From Octopus bimaculoides (Eukaryota): a DNA stretch of 64,000 nucleotides. Each line of letters starts with the position of its first letter. Within the stretch, counting starts at the first letter, position 1. Positions 62,879-64,000 of the stretch are shown here, one piece after another. The notes below the pieces were generated by a model, which ran no database searches, had not been told where the DNA came from, and saw only the letters and a list, made by a program, of their open reading frames with translations. Both the position numbers and the translations under genes were made by a program. The stretch lies in assembly GCF_001194135.2 (NCBI RefSeq), contig NC_068981.1, positions 88,822,040 through 88,886,039 on the forward strand, given 5' to 3'.

Positions 62879-63500
62879 AATTATCTGTTATATATGGATG
62901 ATTTAAAGATCTTTGGAAAGACCGAACGTGAAATATATGGTCTAGTTTCAACAGTGCAGGTATTCAGTAAGGATATCGGAATGGAATTTGGGTCTAAAAC
63001 GTTTGGTATGCTTATAATATAAAGAGGCAAATTAGTGTCGTCTGATGGTGTAGAGCTACCCAATGGTGAGAAAATCAAGGATATTTAGACTAATGGATAT
63101 AAATATTTGGGGATTTTAGAATTCGATGAAATCAAGGAAAGTGAAATGAAAGAAGGCTTTAGGCGAGAATGTCTTAGAAGCAGCAGGTTAATTATGGAAA
63201 CAAGACTCAACGGAATAAAAAAAAAAAAACAGAATGAGAGCAATAAACACATGGGCTGTTTCCTTAATGCGATACGGCGCAGGTGTTGTTAGGTGGACAA
63301 AGAACGAGCTTGAAGAAATGAACAGGAAAGCTAGAAAAGTGATGACAATTAACAAGGAACTATACCTCAAAAGTGATACTGACAGATTGTATATGCCTAG
63401 AAACAGGGGTAGAAGAGATCTCATTGGATGCAAGAACTGTGTTGTCAACGAGAAGAACAGTCTGGGATGGTACATCAAACAGCAGAGTGTTTTCTTGCTT
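62879..63500 (+). mobile_element. R4/Dong-type LINE reverse-transcriptase fragment (pseudogenised)
   Basis: NYLLYMDDLKIFGK (catalytic YMDD at 62891-62902)...DIGMEFG...GYKYLGILE, two in-frame stops, frameshift in an A-run, then AINTWAVSLMRYGAG...DTDRLYMPRNRGRRDL. Confidence 0.85.
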
Positions 63501-64000
63501 GCCGTTGTTAGAATTAACAGTATAATACCTACCGAATATGCGATGCAACTCCCGAAAGGATATAATGTAGTCTCTCTTGATTGGCTAAGGTCAACTCCAA
63601 AACATAATCGTGTTCTGTAGCACAAAGCATTGAAACTAGTTCGGCCACAAGATTTCGTTTTGCAACCTTAATATACTATCAAGGATATTACAAGTTTACA
63701 CATGAATGTTTTACAGTGTTTTTAGCAGTGCGATATTTTCACTTTTTAGTCCATCTCTTAAGATCTTCTTTAAAAGTCAGAACCAACATTTCAAGTTACA
63801 TTTTGGGAACAAATACGTCTTAGTAAACAATGCGATCGAATTGGTATACGTACATATTTTAAGGGTTATTGGGCAATGACTCTCCTTTTGTACTAACATG
63901 CCATTTATTTGTTAGGATATTATCATAAACCTGCATGCTATAGTTGTAAAGACTAAGAAACTATTTCAAACAGATTTATAACTATCCTTTAATGTATTTT

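Overview
AT-rich, draft-assembly eukaryotic DNA with many N gaps next to (TA)n/(CA)n tracts. It is dominated by microsatellites and decayed transposons, and the repeat complement suggests an octopod cephalopod such as Octopus (inference, not verified). I recognise no intact host gene. The only candidates are a 48-nt exon at 10401-10448 and a possible terminal exon at 12810-12842. Most entries in the ORF track are microsatellite or N artefacts. Recognisable elements are three recurring tRNA-derived SINE families (called A, B, C here), R4/Dong-type, RTE, CR1-like and CRE-like LINE fragments, Penelope-like (GIY-YIG) fragments, mariner and Tc1 relics, a TIR-bounded hAT-type element with a pseudogenised transposase, hAT MITEs, a TTAA-flanked fold-back element and two Helentron/HINE-like elements. 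The most interesting signals are (1) a tRNA-headed SINE-like element carrying a minimal hammerhead ribozyme fold (51244-51540), with further hammerhead-like motifs elsewhere, (2) a miniature LTR-like insert with reiterated tRNA-Ser primer-binding sites (46080-46305), (3) microsatellite-associated retroelement insertions, and (4) long fold-back DNA transposon derivatives. Boundaries of decayed repeats were placed by eye and are good to about 10-20 bp.
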